A stretch of 64,000 bases of DNA, from positions 885 through 64,884 of the forward strand of contig JAZUBZ010000095.1 in the NCBI GenBank assembly GCA_045638805.1, read 5' to 3'. Each line of letters opens with the position of its first letter. Positions within the stretch are counted from its first letter, which is position 1. The notes below the pieces were generated by a model. That model was not told where the DNA came from. It saw nothing but the letters and a program-made list of their open reading frames with translations, and did no database searches. Shown here piece after piece: positions 54,854 through 63,707 of the stretch. The stretch comes from Eubacteriales bacterium (GTDB taxonomy: Bacteria > Bacillota > Clostridia > Oscillospirales > CAG-272). The position numbers and the translations under genes were made by a program.

Positions 54854-55387
54854 ATGGAGAATATGATCGAGCGGTTTGCATCTGCATATGAAAATTATTA
54901 TAATTTAGTATACCGCAGATGCCTATACGAATTCAACTTCAACGAACAGACCGCAGAAGATGCGGCTGACGAAATATTTATCGCTCTGCTAAAAAACATA
55001 CATAAAGTGGATGACTCCAAAATCAAGGCTTGGCTCAATTCAACGACTGATAAAAAGATAAAAGAATTCAGGCGTCGGTATAAAAGGCGGTGTAGGATAG
55101 ATGATATATCAAAACACAGAAATTCTCTGCGAGACACAAACACTCAAAGCATGGAAGAGCTGCTTTTGATCAAAGCAGTAGAGGAAACAGATATAGACCT
55201 TGAAATTATAAACAGTCTGCGTCCGGTAGAGCAACAGCTGATAAAGTATATCAGAGACGAAAACATGACGTACGCTCAAATCGGAGAGGAGATGGGTCTC
55301 ACCCCGTCAGAAGTGGCTATGCGTGTCTACAGGCTGAGAAAAAAAGTAAAAAAATTGATCGCTGAAAGACTGAATAAAGTTTTATAG
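54854..55387 (+). CDS. sigma-70 family RNA polymerase sigma factor (ECF-like)
   Basis: Region 2-like AEDAADEIFIALLKN and a region 4 HTH (MTYAQIGEEMGLTPSEVAMRVYRLRKK). Confidence 0.85.
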   Translation: MENMIERFASAYENYYNLVYRRCLYEFNFNEQTAEDAADEIFIALLKNIHKVDDSKIKAWLNSTTDKKIKEFRRRYKRRCRIDDISKHRNSLRDTNTQSMEELLLIKAVEETDIDLEIINSLRPVEQQLIKYIRDENMTYAQIGEEMGLTPSEVAMRVYRLRKKVKKLIAERLNKVL

Positions 55388-55404
55388 TTTTTTAAAAAAA
55401 TAAA

Positions 55405-55452
55405 TCGTTATATTTTCAAATATCCGTCATTATATTAATGAGGAGGTGCCAT
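55405..55452 (+). promoter_or_regulatory. conserved promoter/RBS module, copy 1
   Basis: TCGTTATA, 12 nt, CGTCATTATAT, TA, ATGAGGAGG, 6 nt, then an ATG. It is nearly the same as copy 2. Confidence 0.5.
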
Positions 55453-55499
55453 ATGGGGAACAGTTCCGCATTAATGACTGAGGAAAGGGGGATTTCAAA

Positions 55500-56369
55500 T
55501 TGTTACCAAGTAAAAATACAAACGATAATTTTGCAAAACAAAATACATCTGACAATGTGAGCTATGACAATCTTTCTGAAGCATATTATAACAAGATAAT
55601 ATCAAAAGAAATGAAAAAATCCCCGAATAAGCGTGATTACGATCTGATCGATGAATGTATTAAAAACATTGCAGAGATCAAGGGCGTAAAACACGAATTC
55701 TCTCCCGATGAATTAAAATCAAAGGGACAGGCGCTCATTATGAGTGAGTGTATTGCAGACGGATCAGTAACAAATTCAAATGTCCCCGGTTGCAAAACAG
55801 ACCGTCCTGCACGCGTAATACCCGTAAGAAGAGCATTGCTTATTGCCACGGCGGCAATCCTTACCGTATGTATCTTAACCATAACCGTAGTAGGAATGGT
55901 ATACGATGACCGATTCTGGTTTTTTAAGCTTTTCAGTATGCCTGCAGGTTCATTGCTTGAAGACACGGATACCAAAATAACGTACATATATACCGATGTA
56001 AAGAAAACGTACAAAAATCTTGAAGAATTTTTAAAGGAAGAAAAGTATGACATTCTTTATCCGTCGGTATTCCCTGAGGACAATAAGCTTGAAAGCATTA
56101 CGTATTGTGTTAACGATCATCATGAAAGCTTAGACTTCAACTTTGAAAGCTATGAAATTTCCTACGGTGTATATCTAAACCTCAAGGACTTGACGATACC
56201 GTATCATACAGACATATATTCAATAAACGGATATGACGTGTATTATTGGTACGACGAGGGTACCGACTGCCACGGAGGTGTAATAATACATAACGGGTAT
56301 TACTATTCGATGCTCATCCGCGACTACGACGACTTTATGCTGATTATTAATAACTTGAAAGGATATTGA
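55500..56369 (+). CDS. single-pass membrane protein, candidate anti-sigma factor (DUF4367-like C-terminus)
   Basis: Only a TTG start is available in this frame. Cytoplasmic N-terminus, one TM (ALLIATAAILTVCILTITVVGMVY), and an extracytoplasmic beta-rich domain. It directly follows the sigma gene. Confidence 0.7.
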   Translation: MLPSKNTNDNFAKQNTSDNVSYDNLSEAYYNKIISKEMKKSPNKRDYDLIDECIKNIAEIKGVKHEFSPDELKSKGQALIMSECIADGSVTNSNVPGCKTDRPARVIPVRRALLIATAAILTVCILTITVVGMVYDDRFWFFKLFSMPAGSLLEDTDTKITYIYTDVKKTYKNLEEFLKEEKYDILYPSVFPEDNKLESITYCVNDHHESLDFNFESYEISYGVYLNLKDLTIPYHTDIYSINGYDVYYWYDEGTDCHGGVIIHNGYYYSMLIRDYDDFMLIINNLKGY

Positions 56370-56767
56370 CCATGAAAAAATTTTTAGTTTTAGTTTTAAC
56401 CCTCGCATTGGCATTTGCATCCGTTTCCCACGTAACTGCAAGCGACACTTCTAAGGACGTGCGCTTTGACTACGACGACCTTGGTATCACCGTAATTATA
56501 GAGGACGCTGACGGTCTTGATGCCGAAAAGCAAAAATTCATCGACAATTGCCTTGCATACGACACAACACCCAAAGAGACCCGTGCATGGTGTTGGCTTC
56601 TCGGACACGACTACGTTACAACCACTGCAAGTACTGTTATTCACGAAGCAAGAGAAAACGCCCCCCGTTGCTTAGAAAAAACGTATAACTTTACAACGTG
56701 TGAAAACTGTGACTATTATGAAAAAGAATTGATCGGTCAGAAATATATTGCTTGCTGTGCCGAGTAA
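56366..56767 (+). CDS. small secreted Cys-rich protein
   Basis: Signal peptide MKKFLVLVLTLALAFASVSHVTA. The C-terminal GHDY...RCLEKTYNFTTCENCDY...CC motif has 8 Cys. 4-nt overlap with the upstream gene. Confidence 0.7.
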   Translation: MTMKKFLVLVLTLALAFASVSHVTASDTSKDVRFDYDDLGITVIIEDADGLDAEKQKFIDNCLAYDTTPKETRAWCWLLGHDYVTTTASTVIHEARENAPRCLEKTYNFTTCENCDYYEKELIGQKYIACCAE

Positions 56768-56826
56768 ATCGGTATCATTGTCCTTAGGGCGCAACCTGCT
56801 TTACGTAAAAAAATAATTTAGCAAGG

Positions 56827-56868
56827 CAGTCCTGCATTTAAGTTAACTAAAACGCAGGGCTGTTTTGT
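56827..56868 (+). terminator. terminator-like hairpin after the Cys-rich protein gene
   Basis: CAGTCCTGC, 18 nt, GCAGGGCTG (one G-U pair), then TTTTGTTGG. Confidence 0.5.
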
Positions 56869-56915
56869 TGGTTAAAAACTTTTTTCAAAAAATATTAAAA
56901 AAATAAAAAATTTTT

Positions 56916-56964
56916 TCGTTATAATTGAGGTGAAGCGTCATTATATAGATGAGGAGGGAAAACA
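56916..56964 (+). promoter_or_regulatory. conserved promoter/RBS module, copy 2
   Basis: TCGTTATA, 12 nt, CGTCATTATAT, AG, ATGAGGAGG, 7 nt (GAAAACA), then the ATG at 56965. Confidence 0.5.
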
Positions 56965-57060
56965 ATGCTTAAATTGATAGGTAAATTTATTATCAGGAGC
57001 AAACGTATCCTTGCCATGCCTATCCCACAAATTTTTTTAAAAGACAAAGGAGTTCAAAAA

Positions 57061-57483
57061 ATGAAAAGAACAAACCGCATCATCTCGACACTTATCATCC
57101 TTGCGATCTTCATCGCATCCCTCAGCATTGTTGCCTACGCGGCATACGACAACAGGGTTGTAAGAGCAGAGTATTCAATTCCTACAGGTAGTACAGAATG
57201 GAACGGTTGGGACAATGATTTAACGCACCGTTTCAATTCAACCGCAGAAGCTCGTTTAAACGTTTCAATTACCAACACAAGCTCCAGAACAATAACTGCA
57301 GTATTAATGAAGTCAGTAAGCTTATGGTTTGATGAGGACATAATCACAATTAAAAAATTTTCAGGTTCTAACGGTGATTGGCGCTCAGAGTACTTTACTC
57401 CAGGCACCTCATATACATATTATATGAAAATTACCTCAACCTCTTCACAAGGTGTTAACGGCTTTTACAGTGTAGACCAATAA
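57061..57483 (+). CDS. secreted beta-rich hypothetical protein
   Basis: Canonical signal peptide MKRTNRIISTLIILAIFIASLSIVAYA after AAGGAG. An in-frame upstream ATG at 56965 also has a strong GAGGAGG RBS, so the start is ambiguous. Confidence 0.7.
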   Translation: MKRTNRIISTLIILAIFIASLSIVAYAAYDNRVVRAEYSIPTGSTEWNGWDNDLTHRFNSTAEARLNVSITNTSSRTITAVLMKSVSLWFDEDIITIKKFSGSNGDWRSEYFTPGTSYTYYMKITSTSSQGVNGFYSVDQ

Positions 57484-57495
57484 GCAATAATTCAT

Positions 57496-57524
57496 GCTGG
57501 TGCCGATATATAATCGGCACCAGC
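57496..57524 (+). terminator. intercistronic hairpin without a T-run
   Basis: GCTGGTGCCGAT-ATATA-ATCGGCACCAGC, directly before the RBS of the next gene. Confidence 0.4.
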
Positions 57525-57539
57525 TATTAGGAGAACATA

Positions 57540-59189
57540 ATGTATAAAAAAATCTTTCTGTTAGAAATCAAAAACCTATTACGTTCCAAGACGTACATAC
57601 TGTTCTTACTGCTTAACGCAGTTTTGATAACGGTCAGTCTGTCAACTTTTTCCGTTACCTTAGCCGCAAACAATTATTATAGATTCTTCCGCTTCGGCTT
57701 TTTTGAACTGTTGGTATTTGCGTCAACGTTCATTTTAGCGGTGATAGCAGGAAAAAGCCCTAACCGTCTTGCAGAGATCACCTTTGCAGACAAGGGATGT
57801 CAGTTCATCGCAAAATTCACAGCATATTTTGTGTTTGAGTTACCACTGCTTATTTATCCTATTGTTTACAGCTTAGTAAACTCCAACTATCTGTCTGATA
57901 CCATTTATACCGCATCTGCCGTCTTATTACATACGTCTCGCTTATTCGTGGTTATCCTGTTCGCACACACCTGCGGATTTATAATATCGCACCTCACAAA
58001 GAACACTCTTTCAGTTTTACTCGTCCTGCCTCTGTTAGCCCTTTTCAGCGTATTTAACAGCTTTGTTCTCGGTGTATTCGGTTTATGTAATGAAATGGGA
58101 GACCTTATTCCCTCTCTGCTTTCCTTCAATATGCTGTTTGGAGAACTACCGCTTGACACATATGCGGGACCAAGATTCGACGTTCTGAATTTGTGTAAAA
58201 ATCTGAACTTCGCTTTCTTCTGTCTGTCGGTTGTGCTCGTTATGTATTTCTTTCTCAGACGCAAAAAAGCAAGTCTTTCCGGAATAATTATTTCTGTCTC
58301 TGCTGCAGCTTGTGCCGTTCTGTGTATCACCTCCGTGTGTACTTTTATAAAGCTGTTTCCCACAGAATATGACTACACGTACCATGCAATTCTCTCCCCC
58401 GATTCTCCCGAAGCTGCGGGAGATCATATAACAAAATGCATAGGAGACGTTACATTAGGGGAATGGAGCAAGTTTTCTGTTGATATATCAGCAGACGACG
58501 GAAACAGTGACGGTGTGATCTCCTTCGGACTTGACGACTGCTTTGAAATAAAGGAAATATCCGCAAACGGAAAAGCACTTCGATTTGAACGCAACGGGAA
58601 GATCGTCAATATTTTTGACGCAAATGATACGGAAACCATACGTATCAAATACAAAGGGCATCCGTTTTATAAAACAGACAAGAGTAACGGAGAAATACAC
58701 ACGTCAACATTCAGCGGTGCACTGCCTGTCGGCTTTGCGTTTCTACCCATTACAGGAAGCGGGGATACGACTGAATATGACCTGAACGTCAAAGCAAAAA
58801 ATACCGTTGTTTCAAATCTAAGCTGTGACTATCCGGATGGATACGTCGGTGCTACTGTAGACTATAACACATACCGTTTTAAAGGAGAAAGCAGTACAGT
58901 ATGTCTGTTTTACGGATATTTCGACAGCTTTGAAAAAAACGGAGTAACCGTTTACCATGCAAAATACGACAACTTGTCAGACTATGAAAACGAAGGCTTT
59001 AGCAAAGCTTTTCAATATCGAAAGCGCAATTATTCAGGCATTAACAGCGATGTGCTCCAAGACGTAACTGATGAGGAAAGAAAAAACTGCAAAAAGCTTT
59101 TCCTTACAGATTATACTTATCATTCCAGCACCTTCCCGTGTTACTTTGATAATTGTGTTTACTACGGTTACGGTATGGCCCAGGAGTAA
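57540..59189 (+). CDS. membrane protein: ABC-2-permease-like N-terminal half fused to a ~270-aa extracytoplasmic domain
   Basis: At least 7 hydrophobic helices in aa 1-280, then a soluble domain. Adjacent to an ABC ATPase gene. Confidence 0.75.
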   Translation: MYKKIFLLEIKNLLRSKTYILFLLLNAVLITVSLSTFSVTLAANNYYRFFRFGFFELLVFASTFILAVIAGKSPNRLAEITFADKGCQFIAKFTAYFVFELPLLIYPIVYSLVNSNYLSDTIYTASAVLLHTSRLFVVILFAHTCGFIISHLTKNTLSVLLVLPLLALFSVFNSFVLGVFGLCNEMGDLIPSLLSFNMLFGELPLDTYAGPRFDVLNLCKNLNFAFFCLSVVLVMYFFLRRKKASLSGIIISVSAAACAVLCITSVCTFIKLFPTEYDYTYHAILSPDSPEAAGDHITKCIGDVTLGEWSKFSVDISADDGNSDGVISFGLDDCFEIKEISANGKALRFERNGKIVNIFDANDTETIRIKYKGHPFYKTDKSNGEIHTSTFSGALPVGFAFLPITGSGDTTEYDLNVKAKNTVVSNLSCDYPDGYVGATVDYNTYRFKGESSTVCLFYGYFDSFEKNGVTVYHAKYDNLSDYENEGFSKAFQYRKRNYSGINSDVLQDVTDEERKNCKKLFLTDYTYHSSTFPCYFDNCVYYGYGMAQE

Positions 59190-59222
59190 TTCTTTGAAGT
59201 ATAAAACAGAAAGGTAACCATC

Positions 59223-60074
59223 ATGCTTAAAATCAACAACTTAACCTTTGCCTACAAAAAAGGTAAAAACGTACTTAACGACATCTCCCTTGAACTCGGT
59301 GTGGGATTTCACGCTCTTGTGGGTAAGAACGGATGCGGTAAAAGTACCCTTATGAATCTTATTTGCACGTCCCTCAAATGTCCCGCCGATGCTATATCCA
59401 TCGACGGAGTAAAGGTAACGGAGCAGGCGTATGCAGACAAGCTTTCTTACTTGCCGCAGATATTCGATCCGTATCCCAATCTTACTGTAAGAGAGGTGCT
59501 TTATTTCGTGGCGGGACTTAAAGGAACACCTAAAAAGGAGATCGAAGCCGCCATTGACAATGCCGCTGAAAAGACCAACGTCACCGAATACCTGAAGACC
59601 CGTTTTGGAAAATGCTCCGAGGGTACAAAGCGCCGTGTGGGTATTGCGTCTGCTCTGCTTGGAAACCGTGACGTTATAATCCTTGATGAGCCGACAGCAG
59701 GACTTGACCCTGCAGAGCGCGCACGCTTTTACGATACCGTCAGAAGCTGTTTTGAGGGAAAATGTGTGCTTATATCCACTCACATTCTTGAGGATATCGA
59801 ATTCCTTGCTGACAACGTAATAATGCTTTCCCGCGGAAAGATAAATTATCAGGGTACATACAGCGACTACTGCACCGTCCTTGACGGCAGGCTGTATTGT
59901 GCTACGGTTCCGAGAGATAAAAGAAACTCTGTTGCCATCCTTTCAGAGACACGTCTTGCAAACGGCAAGACCGTAAGCCGCGTGGTGTCCGACACGCCTC
60001 TCCCCGCAGACTGGGAAACAGAAACGGCTGAACCGACCAAGGAAGACATCTGGAACTATTTTGAGAGGCTCTAA
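59223..60074 (+). CDS. ABC transporter ATP-binding protein (ABC-2 type)
   Basis: Walker A GKNGCGKST, signature CSEGTKRR (degenerate LSGG), Walker B VIILDEPTAGLD. Confidence 0.9.
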   Translation: MLKINNLTFAYKKGKNVLNDISLELGVGFHALVGKNGCGKSTLMNLICTSLKCPADAISIDGVKVTEQAYADKLSYLPQIFDPYPNLTVREVLYFVAGLKGTPKKEIEAAIDNAAEKTNVTEYLKTRFGKCSEGTKRRVGIASALLGNRDVIILDEPTAGLDPAERARFYDTVRSCFEGKCVLISTHILEDIEFLADNVIMLSRGKINYQGTYSDYCTVLDGRLYCATVPRDKRNSVAILSETRLANGKTVSRVVSDTPLPADWETETAEPTKEDIWNYFERL

Positions 60075-60075
60075 A

Positions 60076-60846
60076 ATGAACAGTAAAAAATGGTTTTTAT
60101 GGGTGGATTTCAAAAGTATGCGTCTGCCGTACCTGTTGTATATCGTGTACTTAGCCGCGCTTTGCTTCTTGACGGGACCGTATATCATGACTGTAGAATG
60201 GTTTATGGGTAAGTCAGCACCAAAGCTTGACGTTTCTATTTTCCCCTACGTTATTATCGGCACCGCCTTCTTTGCAATGCTGTGCGTTTCAGCAGTTTTC
60301 AAAGAGACATACAGAGAAAACAGTTCAAAATACATCTCATCCTTACGCCCCACGATATTTCAGGCGTTATACAAGCGAATGACTGCGTTATATTTATCCC
60401 TTGCTCTCCCTCTTGCAGTTTATTTGATCTATGCATTCTACCGAATGGACAGCTATTTCGTCAAATACGTAATTGAAAACCCGGATTTTATGGTAATGGA
60501 AAATTCCGAGCTTTACGGTTATCCCATACCGGAGAGCGCACCGTGTTTCATAAATATATTTATTCAGTTGCTAATTGCACTTGCCGCATTCGTTTTAATA
60601 AATCATGCGATCATAGCCCTGACCGGTGACGGTAACGTAAGTATTCTTGTTTTTATTTCATATTGCACGGCAGAATATTTTGGTTTCAGCTATATGATAC
60701 CAAAATGGGGCATCACCACATGTTCGGTAGGTATGAATTATGATATATCGGTATCTATCGCCACTTATACCGTAACTCACCTTGTACTTTCCGCTTTATC
60801 TGTAGTATTGATCGTCATATTCACAAAGCGCAGGCTTAAAATATAG
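60076..60846 (+). CDS. multi-pass membrane protein, candidate ABC-2 permease
   Basis: ATG lies 1 nt after the ATPase stop. 6 hydrophobic helices. Confidence 0.7.
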   Translation: MNSKKWFLWVDFKSMRLPYLLYIVYLAALCFLTGPYIMTVEWFMGKSAPKLDVSIFPYVIIGTAFFAMLCVSAVFKETYRENSSKYISSLRPTIFQALYKRMTALYLSLALPLAVYLIYAFYRMDSYFVKYVIENPDFMVMENSELYGYPIPESAPCFINIFIQLLIALAAFVLINHAIIALTGDGNVSILVFISYCTAEYFGFSYMIPKWGITTCSVGMNYDISVSIATYTVTHLVLSALSVVLIVIFTKRRLKI

Positions 60847-60856
60847 CAAGCTTTAC

Positions 60857-60896
60857 AAAAAGCAGCATCGGACTTGTGTCCGATGCTGTTTTTTTA
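60857..60896. terminator. bidirectional terminator
   Basis: AAAAAGCAGCATCGGAC-TTGT-GTCCGATGCTGTTTTTTT. Confidence 0.85.
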
Positions 60897-60898
60897 TA

Positions 60899-61312
60899 TT
60901 ATCCGTCGTATTTGCAGGGGGATATGTAGAACTTTTTAAGATTGATCGTATATTCTCCGTCTTTTTCTCTGAAACCGAGCTTTTTTATCATATGGGCACT
61001 AACGCCGTCAGTTGAAACGGAAACTGTATCGACCTCACAGCGATACATAAAATTCATGACAGTTCTCGCCATTATGATCATTGCCTCTTCATCTTCAATT
61101 CCCGCCGCCTCGCGAAGGCATTCAATTCTGTTAATCCCCCCGCGCATTATAAAGGTACAAACTCCGATAATATGGTTTATCTTTGTGTCATCCTCGTTTA
61201 CGTCAGCTGCAAAATATGTATATGCCTGGGGATCGTAAGGTATTCCCGTAAGCTCGCAAAGTCTTGTGGCAAGTTCGGCTTCGGGAACAGGTTTAACTGC
61301 AAGCATTTTCAA
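60899..61312 (-). CDS. hypothetical protein
   Basis: 137-aa ORF with a 4-nt overlap with the pseudouridine synthase gene. No motif assigned. Confidence 0.6.
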   Translation of the reverse strand: MKMLAVKPVPEAELATRLCELTGIPYDPQAYTYFAADVNEDDTKINHIIGVCTFIMRGGINRIECLREAAGIEDEEAMIIMARTVMNFMYRCEVDTVSVSTDGVSAHMIKKLGFREKDGEYTINLKKFYISPCKYDG

Positions 61313-62031
61313 ATTCCTTTCAGGTAGTTTATCTCATCAGCTGTCAAATGTCTCCACTTTCCGAGGGGAAGCGATTCTGTCAGCTCAATGTCTCCAATCT
61401 TCGTACGGGTAAGTCTCGTAAGCTTAAATCCTGCAGACTCACACATTCTTCTGATCTGTCTGTTGCGCCCTTCTTTAAGTAGGATCTCAACATAACTCTT
61501 TCCTTCTACCACGGAAACAAGCTTTGTTTCCGCACGTCTGGTCATTTTACCGTCAATCTCAACGGGTGCACCTATACGGTACACGTCATCCTCCGTAAGC
61601 ATGCCGGGGATCTCGGCTACGTAGGTCTTAGCAAATCCGTGAGACGGGTGAGTGAGACGGCAGGTCAGTTCTCCGTCATCAGTCATGAGTAAAAGTCCGT
61701 CGGAATACATATCAAGTCTGCCGACGGGGTAAACTCTCGACTTTACGTTTTTAATAAGATCGGCAACGGTCAGCCTGTCCGCTTCGTCGGAAAGCGTACA
61801 TACATACCCGACGGGTTTGTTGAGAAGAATATAAGTGTGTCCACAGCCGCCCGTTCTCTTTATAATTTTGCCCTTATATTCAACGGTATCGCGCTCGGGA
61901 TCGATCTTACATCCGACCTCGGCTACCTCTCCGTTGACCTTAACTTTACCTGCGGCGATCTCTGCCTCTGCCGCTCGTCGTGACATTATACCGCAGTCGG
62001 TAAAATACTTCTGTAATCTGATCTCTGCCAT
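61309..62031 (-). CDS. rluB: pseudouridine synthase, RsuA/RluB family
   Basis: N-terminal S4 domain (RLQKYFTDCGIMSRR) and GRLDMYSDGLLLMTDDG catalytic Asp motif. Confidence 0.85.
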   Translation of the reverse strand: MAEIRLQKYFTDCGIMSRRAAEAEIAAGKVKVNGEVAEVGCKIDPERDTVEYKGKIIKRTGGCGHTYILLNKPVGYVCTLSDEADRLTVADLIKNVKSRVYPVGRLDMYSDGLLLMTDDGELTCRLTHPSHGFAKTYVAEIPGMLTEDDVYRIGAPVEIDGKMTRRAETKLVSVVEGKSYVEILLKEGRNRQIRRMCESAGFKLTRLTRTKIGDIELTESLPLGKWRHLTADEINYLKGI

Positions 62032-62065
62032 ACCGTCTCCAAATGTTTATGCTGTATTCTCAGTG

Positions 62066-63199
62066 CTAACGTCCGAGAAACTGCAATATTCTCTCAATAA
62101 GTGATACTTCGGTCTCGTCAACGTTCACGTCAGCTTCCGCAAAAAGCGGAACTCGGACGATCTGTTCCCCGTCTGCATAGATGACGGCGCACGCCAATGC
62201 GTCCCCCTTCTTTACCGGAGCGGGAAAATATCGGTCCGCTTCTATCTGCACCACGGTTTTCGTACCGCGCTTTAAAGTCAGGCATACAACATCCGTATTA
62301 CTGCACCGTACCGTACTTTGGTCCCCGCCGATACACGGAAGTGTAACGGAAAGCGCACCCGCTTCGGCAAGTGTAACGTTTTCGTATAACGCAAAGCCAT
62401 AGTCGAGCATACGTCTGTGGTCATCCCAATCCCCGGGGGCATTGATAGTCACAGCGATAAGGCGCACGCCGTTACGTTCAGCGGCAGAAACAAGACATCT
62501 GCCCGAACGCTTGGTAAATCCCGTTTTAACACCTACAGCACCTTCATAGGTGCGAAGCAACTTGTTATGGTTCACAACCAGGCACACGCCGTTCTCTGCT
62601 TCTCTTTCAAGCTGATGTGTAAGCGTTGATACTGCACTTCTGAATCTTTTGTTTTCCATTGCATAACGGGTCAATACCGCAAGATCTCGTGCTGTTGTAT
62701 AGTGGTCCTCATGGTCAAGTCCGTGTGGATTTGTAAAGTGTGTGTTCTGAAGACCTATTTCCGCCGCTTTTTCGTTCATCATCTCGGCGAACTCTTCTAT
62801 TCCGCCTGCACATTCGTAGGCAATAGCTGCCGCGGCATCGTTTGCACTGGCGAGCATCAGCGAATATAACAGATCGGTGAAACTGAGTTCTTCGCCGGAT
62901 TTAAGATATACAGATGAGCCCTCAACCCCTACAGCATTGCCGTTTATTCTGACGACTTTATCATCGGGAATATTTTCAATAGCAACAAGTGCGGTCATAA
63001 TCTTCGTTGTGCTTGCCATTGGAAGCCGTTCGTCGGCATTTTTCTCAAACACTACATCACCGCTGTCGGCTTCAATAAGGATCGCCGCCTTTGCGGACAC
63101 ATGCGGTACTGCCGACTCTGCAAAAACCACCTTAACAACTGACATCATGCACATCACGGCCATAAGCATAAACGCAAAAATCTTTTTCATTTCAGACAC
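62066..63199 (-). CDS. D-alanyl-D-alanine carboxypeptidase (PBP5-type, DacB/DacF-like)
   Basis: Signal sequence and the ASTTKIMT (SxxK), ASAND (SxN) and VKTGFT (KTG) motifs. Confidence 0.88.
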   Translation of the reverse strand: MSEMKKIFAFMLMAVMCMMSVVKVVFAESAVPHVSAKAAILIEADSGDVVFEKNADERLPMASTTKIMTALVAIENIPDDKVVRINGNAVGVEGSSVYLKSGEELSFTDLLYSLMLASANDAAAAIAYECAGGIEEFAEMMNEKAAEIGLQNTHFTNPHGLDHEDHYTTARDLAVLTRYAMENKRFRSAVSTLTHQLEREAENGVCLVVNHNKLLRTYEGAVGVKTGFTKRSGRCLVSAAERNGVRLIAVTINAPGDWDDHRRMLDYGFALYENVTLAEAGALSVTLPCIGGDQSTVRCSNTDVVCLTLKRGTKTVVQIEADRYFPAPVKKGDALACAVIYADGEQIVRVPLFAEADVNVDETEVSLIERILQFLGR

Positions 63200-63290
63200 C
63201 TCGTAATTTTTTACATCTTTAGTATCTGAAAAAGGTGGCGCGTTATGCCATAGAGGAACACTTAAAAATCCACCTTATATGGGCTAAAAT

Positions 63291-63707
63291 TTACTTTTTA
63301 GCAAAAACAGCCTTGAATTTTTCGATAAGCTCGGGTGAGCGCTCGATGGCAGAGATAACCTTGGATACCGTATCCTCGGGTGCCGAGGCGGTGGGAGCTG
63401 AGAGATTAAGTATCTCCGTCTTACCCTCGCTGTCTATGGAAATAAAAGCCACGGGAGTTACGTTGATGCCCGTACCGCCGCCTCCACCGAAATTGTTGTA
63501 TACTGCTTTTCCGTTCTGAACGGGAGTATCCTTCTTAATGTAATCAATACCGCCGGATGCATATCCAACGGTAAGCTTGGATACGGGGATAATAGTTGTT
63601 CCCGCGGGAGTTGTGATGGGTGTTCCCATTACGGTATTTGCGTCAAGGATAGTCTTGATGCTGTCCAGTGCTGTTTTAATGATCTCGCTCTGTTTGTTCT
63701 CTGCCAT
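63291..63707 (-). CDS. ytfJ: sporulation protein YtfJ/GerW family
   Basis: VMGTPITTPAGTTIIPVSKLTVGYASGG...GGGGGTGINVTPVAFI is typical of the YtfJ family. Start set at MAENKQ. Confidence 0.8.
   Translation of the reverse strand: MAENKQSEIIKTALDSIKTILDANTVMGTPITTPAGTTIIPVSKLTVGYASGGIDYIKKDTPVQNGKAVYNNFGGGGGTGINVTPVAFISIDSEGKTEILNLSAPTASAPEDTVSKVISAIERSPELIEKFKAVFAKK

Noticed and set aside
56965-57060. Treating 56965-57060 as a separate upstream leader peptide gene.
   Set aside because: It is in frame with, and continuous into, the 57061 ORF, so it can only be an alternative longer start. This is reported as start ambiguity instead.
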